From assembly GCA_951406725.2 (NCBI GenBank), contig OX597818.1, positions 96,534,001 through 96,598,000 on the forward strand: 64,000 nt of DNA, written 5' to 3'. Position numbers and translations under genes: made by a program. Source of the stretch: Octopus vulgaris (lineage: Eukaryota). The number at the start of each line of letters is the position of its first letter. Position 1 is the stretch's first letter. Below the pieces are notes generated by a model. It was not told the DNA's origin, did not search any database, and saw only the letters and a list, made by a program, of their open reading frames with translations. Shown in pieces: positions 26,556 to 41,475 of this stretch.

Positions 26556-27456
26556 TCACCATATTAAATATCCTATCATTACCGGGAATTTTATTAGTAT
26601 TTTGATTCTAGATACAATAAATTTTGTCCTTACACTCAGCTTCAAATAACATATGGTTTCATTTTGTGCAAATACATTCTTAATTTCTGAAAGCCTCAAA
26701 ATTCCTACTAGACGTATAGATAGTGAAAACAGCGTCGCCCCTATATAATCTACCCCTAATTCAGGAAATTCACTATGTATATAGTTAAAAATGTAAATGC
26801 CCACTAAATCAGTTACTTGTGCGGAGTCTCTGAACCCCATAGAAATGTTAAAATAATTAGGTCTATCAGTCTTAGTTCAGTACTTTCCATCGAATTCTGC
26901 TATGGCTTTCTAAGTAGTTGGTATTATATCAACTTCACGCTTGGATAACTCTGAATTCTTCATCCCGAAAATTAAGTTGTAGTGTTGATGGATAAGTAAT
27001 AATTTGATTTATCCAACTGAAAAAATTTAGTACATTTTTTATCCTTAATATTGATGAGTATAATCAATTACTTCCAAGGAATTAGACCATAAACATAAAT
27101 TAATATTTTGTTTAAGCTTAGTAATATACTTATCAATAACAAATTTACTAATCGTACCAATATCTGAATTAGACGGGCAAATTAGTCTAACTTGTACATT
27201 GGTATTAAAGTTAGGTTTATCGTGCTTTAAGTTAATTCTGGGGTTTTGTAAATCTATGTCTTTCACAATTCAGTAAGTTTTTCTCAGAAGTTATTTTATA
27301 GTCCTTCAGAATTTGTTTTTTAATTAAAAATAAGTATATTTCAGATTCTATATGGTAAAAGTTTCCAATTTTATCAGCGTGGACAAGCATTCCTAATTTA
27401 CTCATAAATTCCTTCAATAATTGCTGCAATTTTCTTAGATGAAGGTTTCTTCTCAA
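26556..27456 (-). pseudogene. Penelope-like reverse transcriptase remnant (YRDD type)
   Basis: Successive frameshifted pieces ADKIGNFY, INLKHDKPNF..VRLICPSNSDIGTISK..W, MGFRDSAQVTDLVGIYI and GRLYRGDA (decayed GLYRDD). Confidence 0.8.
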
Positions 27457-28185
27457 AAGGAATAGGTGGAATTTAACGTTCTTAACAATATTCTTATGTT
27501 TCTAATTGGAATTTCTATGTTTGTTTTTATCCTTTCGTTATGTACTGGCGTCATAAAAAGTTAAATACTAAATTGGCTTTTCTTTGTATATTATTATTTT
27601 CTCTTAACGTATGTTTTGTATGCGTTCGTCTATCAGAGATACTAGTTCAAACCCGTTACTACGCTGCCGGATAAAAATATTTCTAAATCATGCACGTAAC
27701 TTCATAAATTGTGCAAATAGTGCTAGTGATAGATTGACTTTCTTGGTGAACACTAGTAACAGAATATAAGTAAATAAGATTATAGATGATATATTTGTAT
27801 ATACACACACATATACTCATTATTTTGAAGTTTGTGTTCCTTTGTATTGGCTTGCACTTAAAATTTCCGCATATTTAATCAAAATTTGTTAGTTACTATG
27901 GTGACAACAGTACCTACCTATTTACCTACCTACCTACCTACCTAACTACCTAACTACCTACCTGTCTGTCTGTCTGTCTGTCTATATATCTATCTATCTA
28001 TCTATACACGCATAAAAACACACACTCTCTCTCTCTTTCTCTCTCTTTCTCTCTCTCTCTTTCTCCCTCTCTCTCTCTCTCTTTCTCTCTCTTTCTCTCA
28101 CTCTCAACAACAACTTTACTATTCTTGTATTCGAAGTGAAACAATTTTTTAAAATCTGTATTGCGTTTTCTAATGTTAAAAGACA

Positions 28186-29423
28186 CAGAAACAGTGCGAA
28201 AAGTTACGGGCTGAGCTTAGGTGCAAAGAATTCAACCATTGCACAAGGCAATTCTATACTGGAATATCTTGATAAATTTGCACACACACACACACACACC
28301 CACACAGAGAAAAACACCTTCTCTCTCACTCTTTCTCTCTCTCTCTCATTCTCTCTCACACACACTTTCGCTCTCAGCAACCTTTTCTCCTCTCCTTCTA
28401 AAAATACATTGTGACGTATATCTTGATTCCTCCCCCTCTTTCCCTCCCTTTGTAGATGCTTTGACGGACAGAAATACGGAGATCTGCTTGTCTTTTATGA
28501 TATAAGATTTTCTCCTTTCACTTCGAATTTGGCCCATTTTGGATTGCCTCGTAACGTTCTGTTAGCATATATTTTCGGATATATTAATTCGATCGATATG
28601 TTATACCATTTTCCTTTTTCTAAATATGCTGGCACAACAAAAATGATCGTCGATAATGTGATTTTCATGTTCTTGTTCTAGTTATACACATGCGCACGCA
28701 CGCGCACACACACATACACACACATACACATTCGTGTAAAGTCATATGTAACACTTTTAAGCATATCCGGGCGTGAGAAAACTTTCCGCTACCGAAATAT
28801 TCCCGGGGAAAAATACTCCAAGACAACATATATGAAAATACATATTGGGATGTGAATGCTGTCATTGAATCGTAGAATGTATGTGCTTCTGTGTTTTTGC
28901 GAGTCTTCTGCTACAAACACCAAATCTGTTGTTGACAGCCCAATAAGAAAGAATTCATTCTTATTAGAACAGTATGCGGTACATTTGCTGATGTACTTGA
29001 ACGTTTTAAATTTGACCTACATAAATATATTCTATTCAACGCTCCTATGTGGAACTTTATTTACTCCACATTTTACGCACAGTTAATTATTCATTCATTC
29101 CTTCACTATACAGAAATGAACACGGAAATGTAAAGGGTTGAAAAGATTTAAAAGTGTTACTTAGGAGCATCTGTTAAGATTAATAAGAGAAATCGCGAGA
29201 TATTATGTGGTTGTTCCTAGTAAATAATTATCTATTGACACTTTTACTCAGGTCGTGCTATGATCTTCCAATGTTTGAGGGTGTACAGAAGGAGCGATAT
29301 TTAAAATTTTAACCTGGGATTTAGTTTGCAAATTTATCAAGATATTCCAGTATAGAATTGCCTTGTGTAATGGTTGAATTCTTTGCACCTAAGCTCAGCC
29401 CGTAACTTTTCGCACTGTTTCTG
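28186..29423. repeat. 97-bp inverted duplication about 1.04 kb apart
   Basis: 28186-28282 is the reverse complement of 29327-29423 with one mismatch. Confidence 0.9.
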
Positions 29424-29977
29424 AATTATCAGCATCTCTTTTAGGTTTTGATGCTAAAATGTACTTGAATTTAAATTCAGTAGCATCTTATTTCAAACTG
29501 CATACGTAACCGGAAAGTTTTGTCATATTTTTCTTTCTTAAGTACCCACCGCCGTACCTACGTAGTATTTATGTATTCTATTGAGAACTGATTTAATGGA
29601 AGTGATTTCTACTTCAAATGCATTTCCTTCAGCGCTGTGTGACTAATTAAGGATTCGGTATTTATACTTCTGCATGTACAGTTAACGTCAATTTAATTTT
29701 AGCTTATATGTTAATTTTTACGTATTGTTGCCAGAAATGTCACACAATTTTAGGTTATTTGTATGAAGGGTTTTCTGTGTCGTAGCTTGATTAGAAAATG
29801 CTTCATCTATCTAAGACTATGAGTTTGTTTTAGAAATATTACACTTATTGGAAGAGATACAAAGCGTATTGGGTTCATTGGAAGACGTCAAGAAAGGAAC
29901 TTAATAATTGTCAAAATTAAACATCTTAAACAATACTAATAAAACTCCAAGCTATCAAGCAATACAATGGCACCGTT

Positions 29978-30170
29978 TCTAGACATGGATGTTGAAATTT
30001 CGAAGAGGTTCAAGGCAAATGGATGACGTTTACTTCAACAATGGAGATGCTTAAAACAAAGATGGACAAGATCATATGTGCTAGACTCGTCAATAACGTC
30101 CGTCGTCCTACCTGCGCTCTTATACACAAGTGTAATGTAGGCTATTACGAAGAGGGAAGAACATCTTAAC
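29978..30170 (+). pseudogene. RTE-clade LINE RT C-terminal remnant
   Basis: LDMDVEISKRFKA/WMTF..LKTKM..ARLVN/SVVLPALLYTSVM*AITKREE matches the EIxxRI...VLPxLLYxxExW pattern. Confidence 0.7.
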
Positions 30171-30462
30171 CTATCACAACTGGATATGTATCTTTATTTT
30201 TTACATTTAATTACAGACTTCTTCATTATGATTTATAATTTTATATTAGACATTCTATATTTGACATTCTAAGTTTGTTATATATATGCTAATTTATATT
30301 TATAATTTATAATTTTTTAATTCTTAATTTTGTAAAGTTTATTGTTTTAATTTTTAATTTAACGCTTAATTTTTATGATAATTTAAAATAGCATATTGAA
30401 ATGCATGTAATACTGAAGAGTGTGTGCCTGATAGATTTGGAAATTCGTTTTCCCACATTATT

Positions 30463-31157
<695 letters not shown>

Positions 31158-31617
31158 CGTCAATATATAAACAATTGATGTCGAATGTATAAAGAGAAGT
31201 AATCATCTAGGGACTGAATTACTGGATGTTTCCCTCGTAATGAACTTGAACTACAATAAAAGTAAAAGGAACACCACTGCTTTTTATGTCTAAGAGCGAA
31301 TTCAGAAGTAACTGGTATTTTAAATATTCATATTGTATAGCACCAGGATTGTGTAAACCCATACATAGCAATGAGTAAGGACGCGTTCACATCTTCAAAT
31401 GTCAGAGTCTTACTCCATACATCTGAGGATATCGAGGTGGCCTAAACCAACGAAACTTTAAGTAATGTGGGGCTGAGACAGCTACTATTATGTTACATCA
31501 GTCAACTGCTATAATATATTATACATTTGTATGCATACAACTCTAAATATTTTGGGTGCAAATTTCTTTATTTGTTCATCCACTCATATGTATGTATGTA
31601 TGTAAATTTTACATGTG

Positions 31618-31658
<41 letters not shown>

Positions 31659-32588
31659 GCGAAAACTTCGTGACAGTGAGTGACTGCTCTTCAATTATGT
31701 TAAATATTAACGAGTTAAAGCGAAAAGATGGCAAACAGTTGATTTTGAAAAAGAGAATGAAATATTTAATGAAATCTAAATGAAATTGTATTCTCCGCAG
31801 GAAAGTATTTGTACTGTAAACATTTTCAATTTAATGTATATATCAAACGCACAAATATTTTATGATGTTAAGAGAAAGTTTCATTTACCAACTGCTAGCA
31901 TCTTCAGTACAAAATCCTAGTGCAAATCATCTTTTGCATTCATTAACCTGCTGCTACATCTTGTGACGAAGCCCACAAAATAATTTTCTGGCATTTTATT
32001 CACATAGTTGTTTACTTTTAAGTATGTCAGCAGTCTTGCTTTGAAGGTTGTTATCAATACGTAGAAAATAGTCGTAACTCTCTGAAGTGTTGCAGTTCTA
32101 AGATGGTTTCATCTTCGCTATTGGGCGAATCAACACATGGAGCAGGGATTTATGCTTCAAACAGTGTAATAAAAGCTGTCTTGCTAATATCTCCTCAAAC
32201 TTCGTAAAACTCTAATGTTTCTTACAGATTAATTTTACATCGACTACTTTAGCTTTTGAAAATGAAGCCAGTAGATATTTTTAAATATATGTTTTATCAA
32301 CTATGCGTAGTTTGTAATGGTTCATATGTATTAGTTTCACCAGTAACATACACTTAGCAGGCATTTTTCAGATGATTTATATATGGAAGTGTGCCACTTA
32401 GTGTTTTTTTACACTGTGGTTAGAATCGTTTCTCATCTTCGCTTTTATTTTAATTTTCAGAAATCGTCTTTCATAAATAATGCAAAACTGACACTGTTCA
32501 TTTTTATCTTTTTATGGCAGTGTGGATTACTCCAATAACTAACAACACTCAGTAGTATCTAATTTGTCCAAATCCAAATACACGAATA

Positions 32589-32974
32589 AACAAGAGCACT
32601 CAGAGAGCACAAACCTCTGCCAAGGCAACACCAACGTCCTCTCAGCGATTAGCCAGAGTGATTTTTAAAATGAGAATATCTGAAATGAACTCGACTGCTC
32701 TCACAAACGAGTATACTAAAAATGAACCCGACCGCTCTCAAAAATTAAGTAAAAAAAAAAAAAACGGAAAAATAATCCAGAATCCTTGTCCAGTACCGGA
32801 TCGATCCCAAAATCTAATCAGTTTGTGCCAGTCACGTGGCCAAACATCTCAGAAAGTGTCATGCGAATCCATTCAGCGGTTCTTGAGATATATTGTCCAC
32901 GGACAAACAAACAAACAAGCAAACAAGCACGACTGAAAACAATACCTCCGCCTTCCCTAAGGCGGAGGCAATAA
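32589..32974 (+). mobile_element. Helentron-associated non-autonomous element (HINE/DINE-1-like)
   Basis: 5' aacaagagcactcagagagc..acctctgcc, internal (CAAA)n, and a 3' GC-rich hairpin cctccgcctt-ccct-aaggcggagg (32945-32968). A-rich flanks and no TSD. Confidence 0.7.
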
Positions 32975-33105
32975 ATTTGCTTTCTTATACTCAGTTCACT
33001 CTCTTGACTTCTAATGAACGGCTACGTGAAACAAGTCCTGGCAGTTCATGGTTTTCGGTTCAAAGTATAAAATACAAAATACCATCATTCTGTTTTTGGC
33101 TCATC

Positions 33106-33163
33106 CTGACTATTTAAGAATAAATTCTTTATTCCCCACAAAGGGTACTGACTATTTAAGAAT
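33106..33163 (-). mobile_element. 26-bp retro-insertion flanked by a 16-bp TSD
   Basis: TSD ctgactatttaagaat at 33106-33121 and 33148-33163. The insert reads taccctttgtggggaataaagaattt on the minus strand. Confidence 0.7.
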
Positions 33164-33444
33164 GTGGTTAAACCTTGTTTTATCCCAAATCAGGTAAAAT
33201 ATTTCGCCTAAACATGAAACATAAGTTGCTTGAATCCATTAGGTTACTGTATAATTTGAAATGTGTGTATTCAGTGTTGAACCTTATAAACAAATTAGCA
33301 ACATATATATATATATATGCGTGTGTGTGTGTGTGTGTGTGTATGCACGTGTATGTGTGTATGTATGTATATGTATTTATGTATGTGTGTACGTATATAT
33401 GTATGTATATGTACGTATGTATGCATGTATGTTGGTTTGCTTGG

Positions 33445-33808
33445 CACTCCGTCGGTTACGACGACGAGGGTTCCAGTCGATCCGATCAACGGAACAGCCT
33501 ACTCGTGAAATTAATGTGCAAGTGGCTTAGCACTCGAGACACATGTATCCTTAACGTAGTTCTCGGGGAAGATTCAGCGTGACACAGACTGTGAGAAGGC
33601 TGGCCCTTTGAAATACAGGTACGACAAAAACGGTGAGAGAAAGTTGTGGTGAAACAGTACAGCAGGGTTCGCCACCACCTCTGCCGGAGCCTCATAGAGC
33701 TTTAGGTGCTTTTGATCAATAAACACTCACAACGCCCGTCTGGAAATCGAAACCGTGATCCTACGACAGTGAGTCCGCTGCCCTAACCACTGGGCTATTG
33801 CGCCTCCA
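33445..33808 (-). mobile_element. SINE family B
   Basis: Reverse complement of the tggaggcgcaatagcccagtggttagggcagcggactc head. Confidence 0.88.
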
Positions 33809-33831
33809 CATGTATGTATAAATATATACAT

Positions 33832-33862
<31 letters not shown>

Positions 33863-34282
33863 GCGTAATTGCCAATGAACTTTCAACATAGTCTGACTGT
33901 CACGTTTTCTTTTCGTATTTTTTTCTTTTTTTTACAATTCTACAACGTTACATATCAAAATAACAGAAGTACTTTTATGCTTCTGCAATCTTCAGGCGTA
34001 TGTAGTGACTGTATTAACAGGTAGTTGTGCTTCACAATTTATAACTGTCAATTATCAGCTGCGAAGTACAACCGTCGGTAAATAATGCGAATACATAAAC
34101 TACAAGATTATGGAAAGCATGAAAATACTTCTGTTATTATGAGAGCATATAATGTTATTAAAAAATTGTTGAAAAATACAAAAATACGTGAAGATAAGGC
34201 TATGCTGGATTTTCATTAACTATTTTGTTTATAGACAATCATACAAATTCTGCTATACGCGCGCGCGCACACACATACACAC

Positions 34283-34334
<52 letters not shown>

Positions 34335-34476
34335 ATGTGTGTATATTTAGCACGCATTCACACAATAACTATCAGCATGAGTATATGTTTCTGGGTATGT
34401 GTGCGTGTGTGTATTGTCCACAAACAAATTTTAACCTAATGAATTGTGAGATATAAAGACAAAATGTTTTCATTTA

Positions 34477-34555
<79 letters not shown>

Positions 34556-34908
34556 TACGGTTACGGTTACAGAAACATTTACATACCTACACATCTATCT
34601 AATATAGTGTAGTATTATTTATATATATATAAATTCTATATAAATTCCCTACTGGGAATGACCAACTTTAAGAGAATCTTACATTGCTTATAAACTTTAC
34701 ATTCGGATGGACTCATATTAAACTCGATTGGACTTTTGGATTTTACTCAAAGGATATTGGAATAATACATATATATACCATTATGCCTATAAAACGGATT
34801 TATGAACTCAATAACCATACATATCTTACATCTATTTTATTTCCTCCACCTCACTCACTATTTATATCACATCGAAACTAACTATGTCTTAACGTTTCCT
34901 CTCACACC

Positions 34909-34963
34909 GTCTCCGATGAAGGGATATTATTATTAATTAATATTCTAGAAACAGCTGCAAGTC
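34909..34963 (+). ncRNA. Degenerate minimal hammerhead motif in a PLE-pLTR-like segment
   Basis: GTCT-CCGATGA-agGGATATT..AATATTC-ta-GAAA-CAGCTG-CA-AGTC. Confidence 0.5.
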
Positions 34964-36488
34964 CTATCTATAAATGCTCTAATATCTATACGGCCTTGTT
35001 TTTTATATCTCATTACGCAAAAAATTCATATATATATATAGGATAAAATTTTCGAAAAAACTTATCAATGGCCAGCATATTAAAAAAATACCTTTAAAGG
35101 TTGAATTTATAAAGTTGTTTATATATATATATATACACACACAAATTAAATGAAAGAGTTATAAATACTAACCCGGCTTTCTCACCGTATCATTTGTCAG
35201 TATCTGTTATATCAGTGCACAATTTCAGAAGGTTCCTGTTGTCACAGCAACCTAGGAATGTGTATCTCGTTAACATATAAAATGCATTGTTTGTCTGATT
35301 TATCTCTGAAGGAACCCGACAACCGAATTTTATAATAATTCCTATTCGGAGGTCCCGAAAAACAGTGACCTTTCTTGAAATGAAGGTCAACGTTACTTGG
35401 GCGTCAGTTGTTATTGTTGTGTCGCTTAATTCCAGTTCAGCCCAGTACATCAGGGGTTCTAAACAAAGAAGAGAAATTCCAAGACCATACCGCTTTTTTT
35501 TTTTTTGTTGACATAGGATTGCTTAGCTCCAGCTCAACGAAGGAGGGGCAGACTTACTATCAAGCGGTTTCAATCCATGAAGACATTATTCAATGTGTTC
35601 TACAGCATTTTTGAAGACGGCAGAATGTGATTTTAAGTTAAATTTTGCTTGCGTTTCAAACAAGTCAAATGTAGACGTTGATCCTCCTTCGTTGTGGGTT
35701 GATTGGATCGATGCATGAAAATCAATGTTGGCGTTCTTCCAACAGGATTTGAACTACAGCCCGAGACTGATAGAAATCGATGTTGAAAAGAAATGTATTC
35801 TGTTGCTCTATTCGTATCAGAGACGTTTCAACGACCTTGCAACAGTTTCTACAGGTAAATTACAGATTATTTGAGAGATTGATGGCCTAGTACCAAAACC
35901 AAAGCAGAAAATAAATAAATAAAAATTTTTAAAAACAACAGAAAAATATTAAAAGACAAACCCTTATTAGTCCTAGTTCTATTTTGTTACATATGTAAGT
36001 TACTGCAAATGTCAAACTAATGTATTTTTAAATGATGTTTACACTTGATTATATATTCTGTCCTTTTTTTCTATTTATTATGGTTAAACTTAAGTATTGT
36101 AAATGTCACGATTGTAATAGAAATGGTAATGAAGTCTATTTAACTTTGTATTTTTTTTACTTATTTTAAACTAAAACAATACAAAAAGATTTGGTCATGT
36201 ATATAAATATATGTTATATAGGATAAGCATTATATAGTGGTAGGGTCGTGTGCTTGTAGATGTTTGTATGTATGCATGCATAGCTAAAGTATACGTCAGC
36301 TTCTAACTTACATACAGAGTGTGTCACAAATGCCAAAAAATTCTTAGGTTTCTATTCCGATGAGCTTGACGTACTTATTCCCTTGTCAGAAATTAAACGG
36401 ATGTCAAGTGAAAATAGAAGAAATAGATGGAAAGGCAAATTATATATCCGATATAAATTGACAAAATTTTGCAAAATTTTTATGTATA

Positions 36489-36527
<39 letters not shown>

Positions 36528-36964
36528 TTTGCTTTTCCATCTTATATTTCGCATACTTTTCAAGTAGGCTTTTAATGTTGTTCTAACTATGTCATTCAGC
36601 GAATCTTCTTGTGAAAGCTATTCTCCTCAGCCCCAAATTGGTCATTGGGAAACATTGAACCGTTTAAAATTCCTACTTACACAGTAACTAGACTGCTTTG
36701 AATTCTCTTGATCTTAGAGGTAGTAGTATCATTTAAAGGAATGCTATGACAGAATGTTAAGAAGATCCAGAGTTCGATTCCACTACATGGTGTCTTGGGC
36801 AAATTTCATTTTATGTAGCCTAGAATCGAGCCAGACCTTCTGAATGAAAATGAACCAACAAAAATCATAGAAACCCGACAGGTGGACAGTAACTGAAATT
36901 CAAATGGTACAACCTTATATACTCTGTGTGATATATATATACATACATACATACATATATACAT

Positions 36965-37025
<61 letters not shown>

Positions 37026-37122
37026 TGTATGTATGTATTATATAAATATATATACGTTTATACATATACATACATATATATAATATACATACACATATAT
37101 ACACATATATACATATATACAC

Positions 37123-37197
<75 letters not shown>

Positions 37198-38703
37198 CAT
37201 ACATATACATACATACTTACACACACACACGTATATAAATATATGAGAAAATTAAAAAAGTAAAAAAGAAAATTCTGCACACTAGGCATAACAGTAATGG
37301 ATGTTTTTATAAAAAACAAAGATATATAGATGCAAATAAACGATTTAAGGTGGAATTAAGAAGTATAAAAATCATTATCATGAGTCAATATAGAAAGTCA
37401 TACCGGTTTCGTCATCACTGTTCACTGACTTTGAATCAACACCGATTTCCAAACGGTGTTGGGTCTAATAGTATCTGAGTGAAAAGATTGCATGCAAGGG
37501 AAGTAAGCAGTTCTGAAAGTGATGTAATTAGGTTAATATGATTAGTGTGATGAGTGTGAATAAGTGCTCAACAAGAGGAACATAAGTACCAACGTCCCAT
37601 GCGACTGGCTTGATAATTGCTAAGATTTTTCTCATCATGAAAACTATGGTAGCCTTGTAAACCCACAAATAAAGTGTGTGCGTGTGTGTGAGAGTGAGTA
37701 AGTGTATGTGTGTGTGCGTCTGTGTATGGTGAGTGATATGTACATGTGTATATATGCATGCATGCATTTATATGTGTGTGAATATATATGCGTTTGTTTG
37801 TGTACACCAGCCAAAGAGAAATGCTAGAAATTGTAACCACTTTTCCTTCAAACCACACCTTGCTCTCTTAGAAAGGAAAGACATGATGAATTATGCCTCT
37901 TTCGATGTACTTTCTTTGGGAAGAAATCCAGTATCCTCGGCTTGAAGGACATTGATTATAGATCCAGTCAATCACAGTATGACCTGGAATTGAACTGGGA
38001 TAGACACAACAACCTCTTCATTACTACCATTCATACTATATTTATTTTAGCCTTTTATCCGCGTGTATGTCGACGCCTCTGTATAAGTGTGTAAACTGTG
38101 CAAATGCCTATATGCGCGTACGATTGCGTATATATAACTTGGACCTACTTAAAAATGATTCTCCGCCATCTTTCCAATCCGAACGATATATCACTTTTTT
38201 TTTTATCTTCTTTCGTTTTATTATTTCCTCGTGTAGGAGATTCTTCCCACGTAACGAAGATCCGCACTACGATCTATGATGTCATAAGAAACCTCTTTTA
38301 CTTTCCTTTCCTTCTTCTTTTCTTCCTTTCCTTGTCTTTTCTTTCATGTCTCCTTTTTATCCTTTCCTTCTCTTTGCTTTTTCTTTCTACCATTCTGCAA
38401 GATAAATCGATGCACAGTTTCTAATGTCTGCAATTTTGTTATTTACTGCCTCGAGGGATGCTTCGTTTGGAACGTGCAATGTCTTTGTAATTGGTTGCTT
38501 CTGCCATGAACATCAACAATAAATGACACACACGCACACGTGCACACACACACACACACACACACATACGCACATACATACATACATACATACGTACGTA
38601 CATACATACATACATACATACATACATACTCACGCCGATTATATGTGAGTGTATGTATGTGCGTGTGTACTTATACAAATGTATAAATATACATTTAACT
38701 ATA

Positions 38704-38789
<86 letters not shown>

Positions 38790-38915
38790 TTAAACAATGC
38801 TTCTGTTTTAGATTTATATATTTATTTAATAATCCGACTTAGTTTATCTGTTAAATATATACTGAGAGGGTAACACCAGATTCGCTCCTTTTATATTACT
38901 GGTACTTTATTGCTG

Positions 38916-39385
38916 TGGAGGCACAATGGCCCAGTGGTTAGGGCAGCGGACTCGCGGTCGTAGGATCGCGGTTTCAATTCCCAGACCGGGCATTGTGAGT
39001 GTTTTTTGAGCGAAAACACCTAAGGCTCCGGCAGGGAGTGGTGGTGAACCCTGCTGTTGTCTTTCACCAAAACTTTCTCTCACTCTCTCTTCCTGTTTCT
39101 GTTGTACTTGTATTTCAAAGGGCCAGCCTTGTCACACACTGTATCGCGCTGAATCTCCCTGAGAACTACTTTAAGGGTGCATGGAATGCTCAAGCCACTT
39201 GCACGTTAATAAATGAGCTGCGACGTCACTAGTGCCAAGCTGTATCGACCCCTTTGCCTTTCCCTTGGATAACGTCGATGGTGGGCGACTACTGGTCTTC
39301 TATAAACAATCTTGCCCAGACTTGTGCCTCGGAGGGTAACTTTCTAGGTGCAATCTCATGGTCATTCATGACTGAAGGGGATCAC
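38916..39385 (+). mobile_element. SINE family B
   Basis: tggaggcacaatggcccagtggttagggcagcggactcgcggtcgtaggatcgcggtttcaattccc. Confidence 0.88.
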
Positions 39386-39589
39386 AACAACTTTATTACT
39401 ACTTCACTATGCATGATCCTTGACGAAGTTTCATTAGGGTATCATTCAGAGCATGATCTCCATAAACGCAAAATGATTCTATAAGGTTAGGACCATCCCA
39501 TCTTTCCACATATCAGAGACTCACTACTTAACAGAACTTTCGTTATTTAAATAGATAAAGAACAGTAGATTTATAAAACTGTTAGCTCC

Positions 39590-40520
39590 TTACTTTCTGA
39601 GTTCAAATTCCACTGAGGTCGACTTTGCCTATCATCCTTTCGGAGTCAATAAAATAAGTATCAGTTGAGCACTGGGGTTAATGTAATCGTCTAACCCTCT
39701 CCTGCTAAATTTGCTGGCCTTGTGTCAAGATTTGAAATCATTATTGAGGACAACAAAGACGGTGAGCTGGCTGAACCCTTAGCACGCCGGGCCAAACTAC
39801 TAGCAGCGTTTCGTCAGTCTCTACATTCTGGATTCAAGTTCCGCTGAGGTCGGCTTTGCCTTTCATTCTTCTAGGGTTGATCAAATAAGTACCTGTTCAG
39901 TACTGGCGTTTGGATATTATTCATCCTCCCCTAAAAAACTGCTAACGCTGCGCCAAAATTTGAAACCATCATGTAGGACGAGAAAGCTGGGTGCTAATAG
40001 AATCATTGGCACATCGAACAAAATGCTTAACGTAATTTCTTTGGGCTCTTTACGTGCTGAATTCAAATTTCCCCGAGGTCAATTTTGCCTTTCAATCTTT
40101 CAAGGTGTATAAAATGAGTAGCAGTCACATATTGGTGCCGATGTAATCAACTTACCCACTCCTCCTAAAATTGCTGGCCTTGAGCCAAATTTTGAAACCA
40201 TTATTTAAAACGACAAAGATTGATTGAATCATTAGCGCTTCTGATTTTGAAGTCAATAAAATGAAGTATCGATTAAGTACTGTTATAAACTAACCCACCC
40301 ACTTCGTATCAAAACATTGTTGGCATTGTGCCAAAATTAGAAAATATTATTGAAGACGGCAAAGGACAGTGGTCTAGCAGAATCATCATAGCGTCTCATT
40401 TATCCCGGCTCATTATGTTCTGAGTTCAAATCCCGTCTGGGCTAACCTTGCCTTTCATCCTTTCCCAGTCGATAAAATAAAGTAGCAATCGAGTACAGAG
40501 GTTGATGGAATTCATTCGTC
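39590..40520 (+). mobile_element. Older tandem cluster of about 5 degenerate SINE family A copies
   Basis: Repeated gagttcaaattcc..gaggtcgactttgcctttcatcc and ccaaaatttgaaacca motifs. Confidence 0.75.
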
Positions 40521-41438
40521 TCCTCCTTTCAGAAAATTACAAGCATTTCAGAAAATATTTAAGACGTCAGAGTATGATATGATATAAATTTGGTTCTTAT
40601 TTTTAAAAAGACGTGCAGGGACGAAGAAAGATTCTCTTTTCTGATATAATATGAAGCCAGAACATTACCAGAATGTTATCAATGAATCCCCTCTCAAATA
40701 GTAGATGCAAATACAATAGAATCATAAGCATGGAAGGCAATGAAACTGATTGCTTTTCGTTCTGTTTCCCGGCGCTCTACATCGAAGCCATCTTCCATTT
40801 TCATGACTCCAAAATCGATACACATAAACTGGGATCTATTCAAGCGACGACAACGATCTCGATAAAATGTATGGTTTTTCATGTCCATGAAAGAAATCGA
40901 TGTTTTGTACTTTTATAAACTGTAGTAGTGTTTACGTTCGGATATTTTGTACACCCAACTCCTCATTTCTAGGTTAAATCCTTCTGGATTTGACCTTTCT
41001 TTTGATCTCTCTCTTTTAAAATTAGCATAAAAAAAGCATTTATTATTGACTGGAGTTAATTCAATAGGCTCTAATGTTGATGTTTAGTTGGTTCTTGCTT
41101 AAAGAAATATTCTTTTCGTTATAAGGGCCATTACAATTGCTGTCTCAAATAGTACATTGGCTTATGTTGTTGTTATGTAGATAGCAATCAGCTTTATGAT
41201 TAAAAGCAATTCCAACCGTGAGCATCTATTGTATTTAGGTTTTATATATACTGGATTATATTATTATCTTATGTATCCTTCTTAAAAACCGTTGTAATTC
41301 TGAGGGAGATTTGGATACTATCTCTACCAAATCAATGCATCACTGGATTTTTATTGTTGTTGCTGATGCAACTGATAGTGATAGGTGTGGTGGAGGTGGT
41401 GGTGGTGGTTATTGTTATCGTCGTTGTTGTCGAAGAGG

Positions 41439-41475
<37 letters not shown>

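Noticed and set aside
35186-35450. 86-aa minus-strand ORF with a nearby GTGAG donor as a host exon
   Set aside because: No recognisable homology, and no frame stays open through to the donor site.
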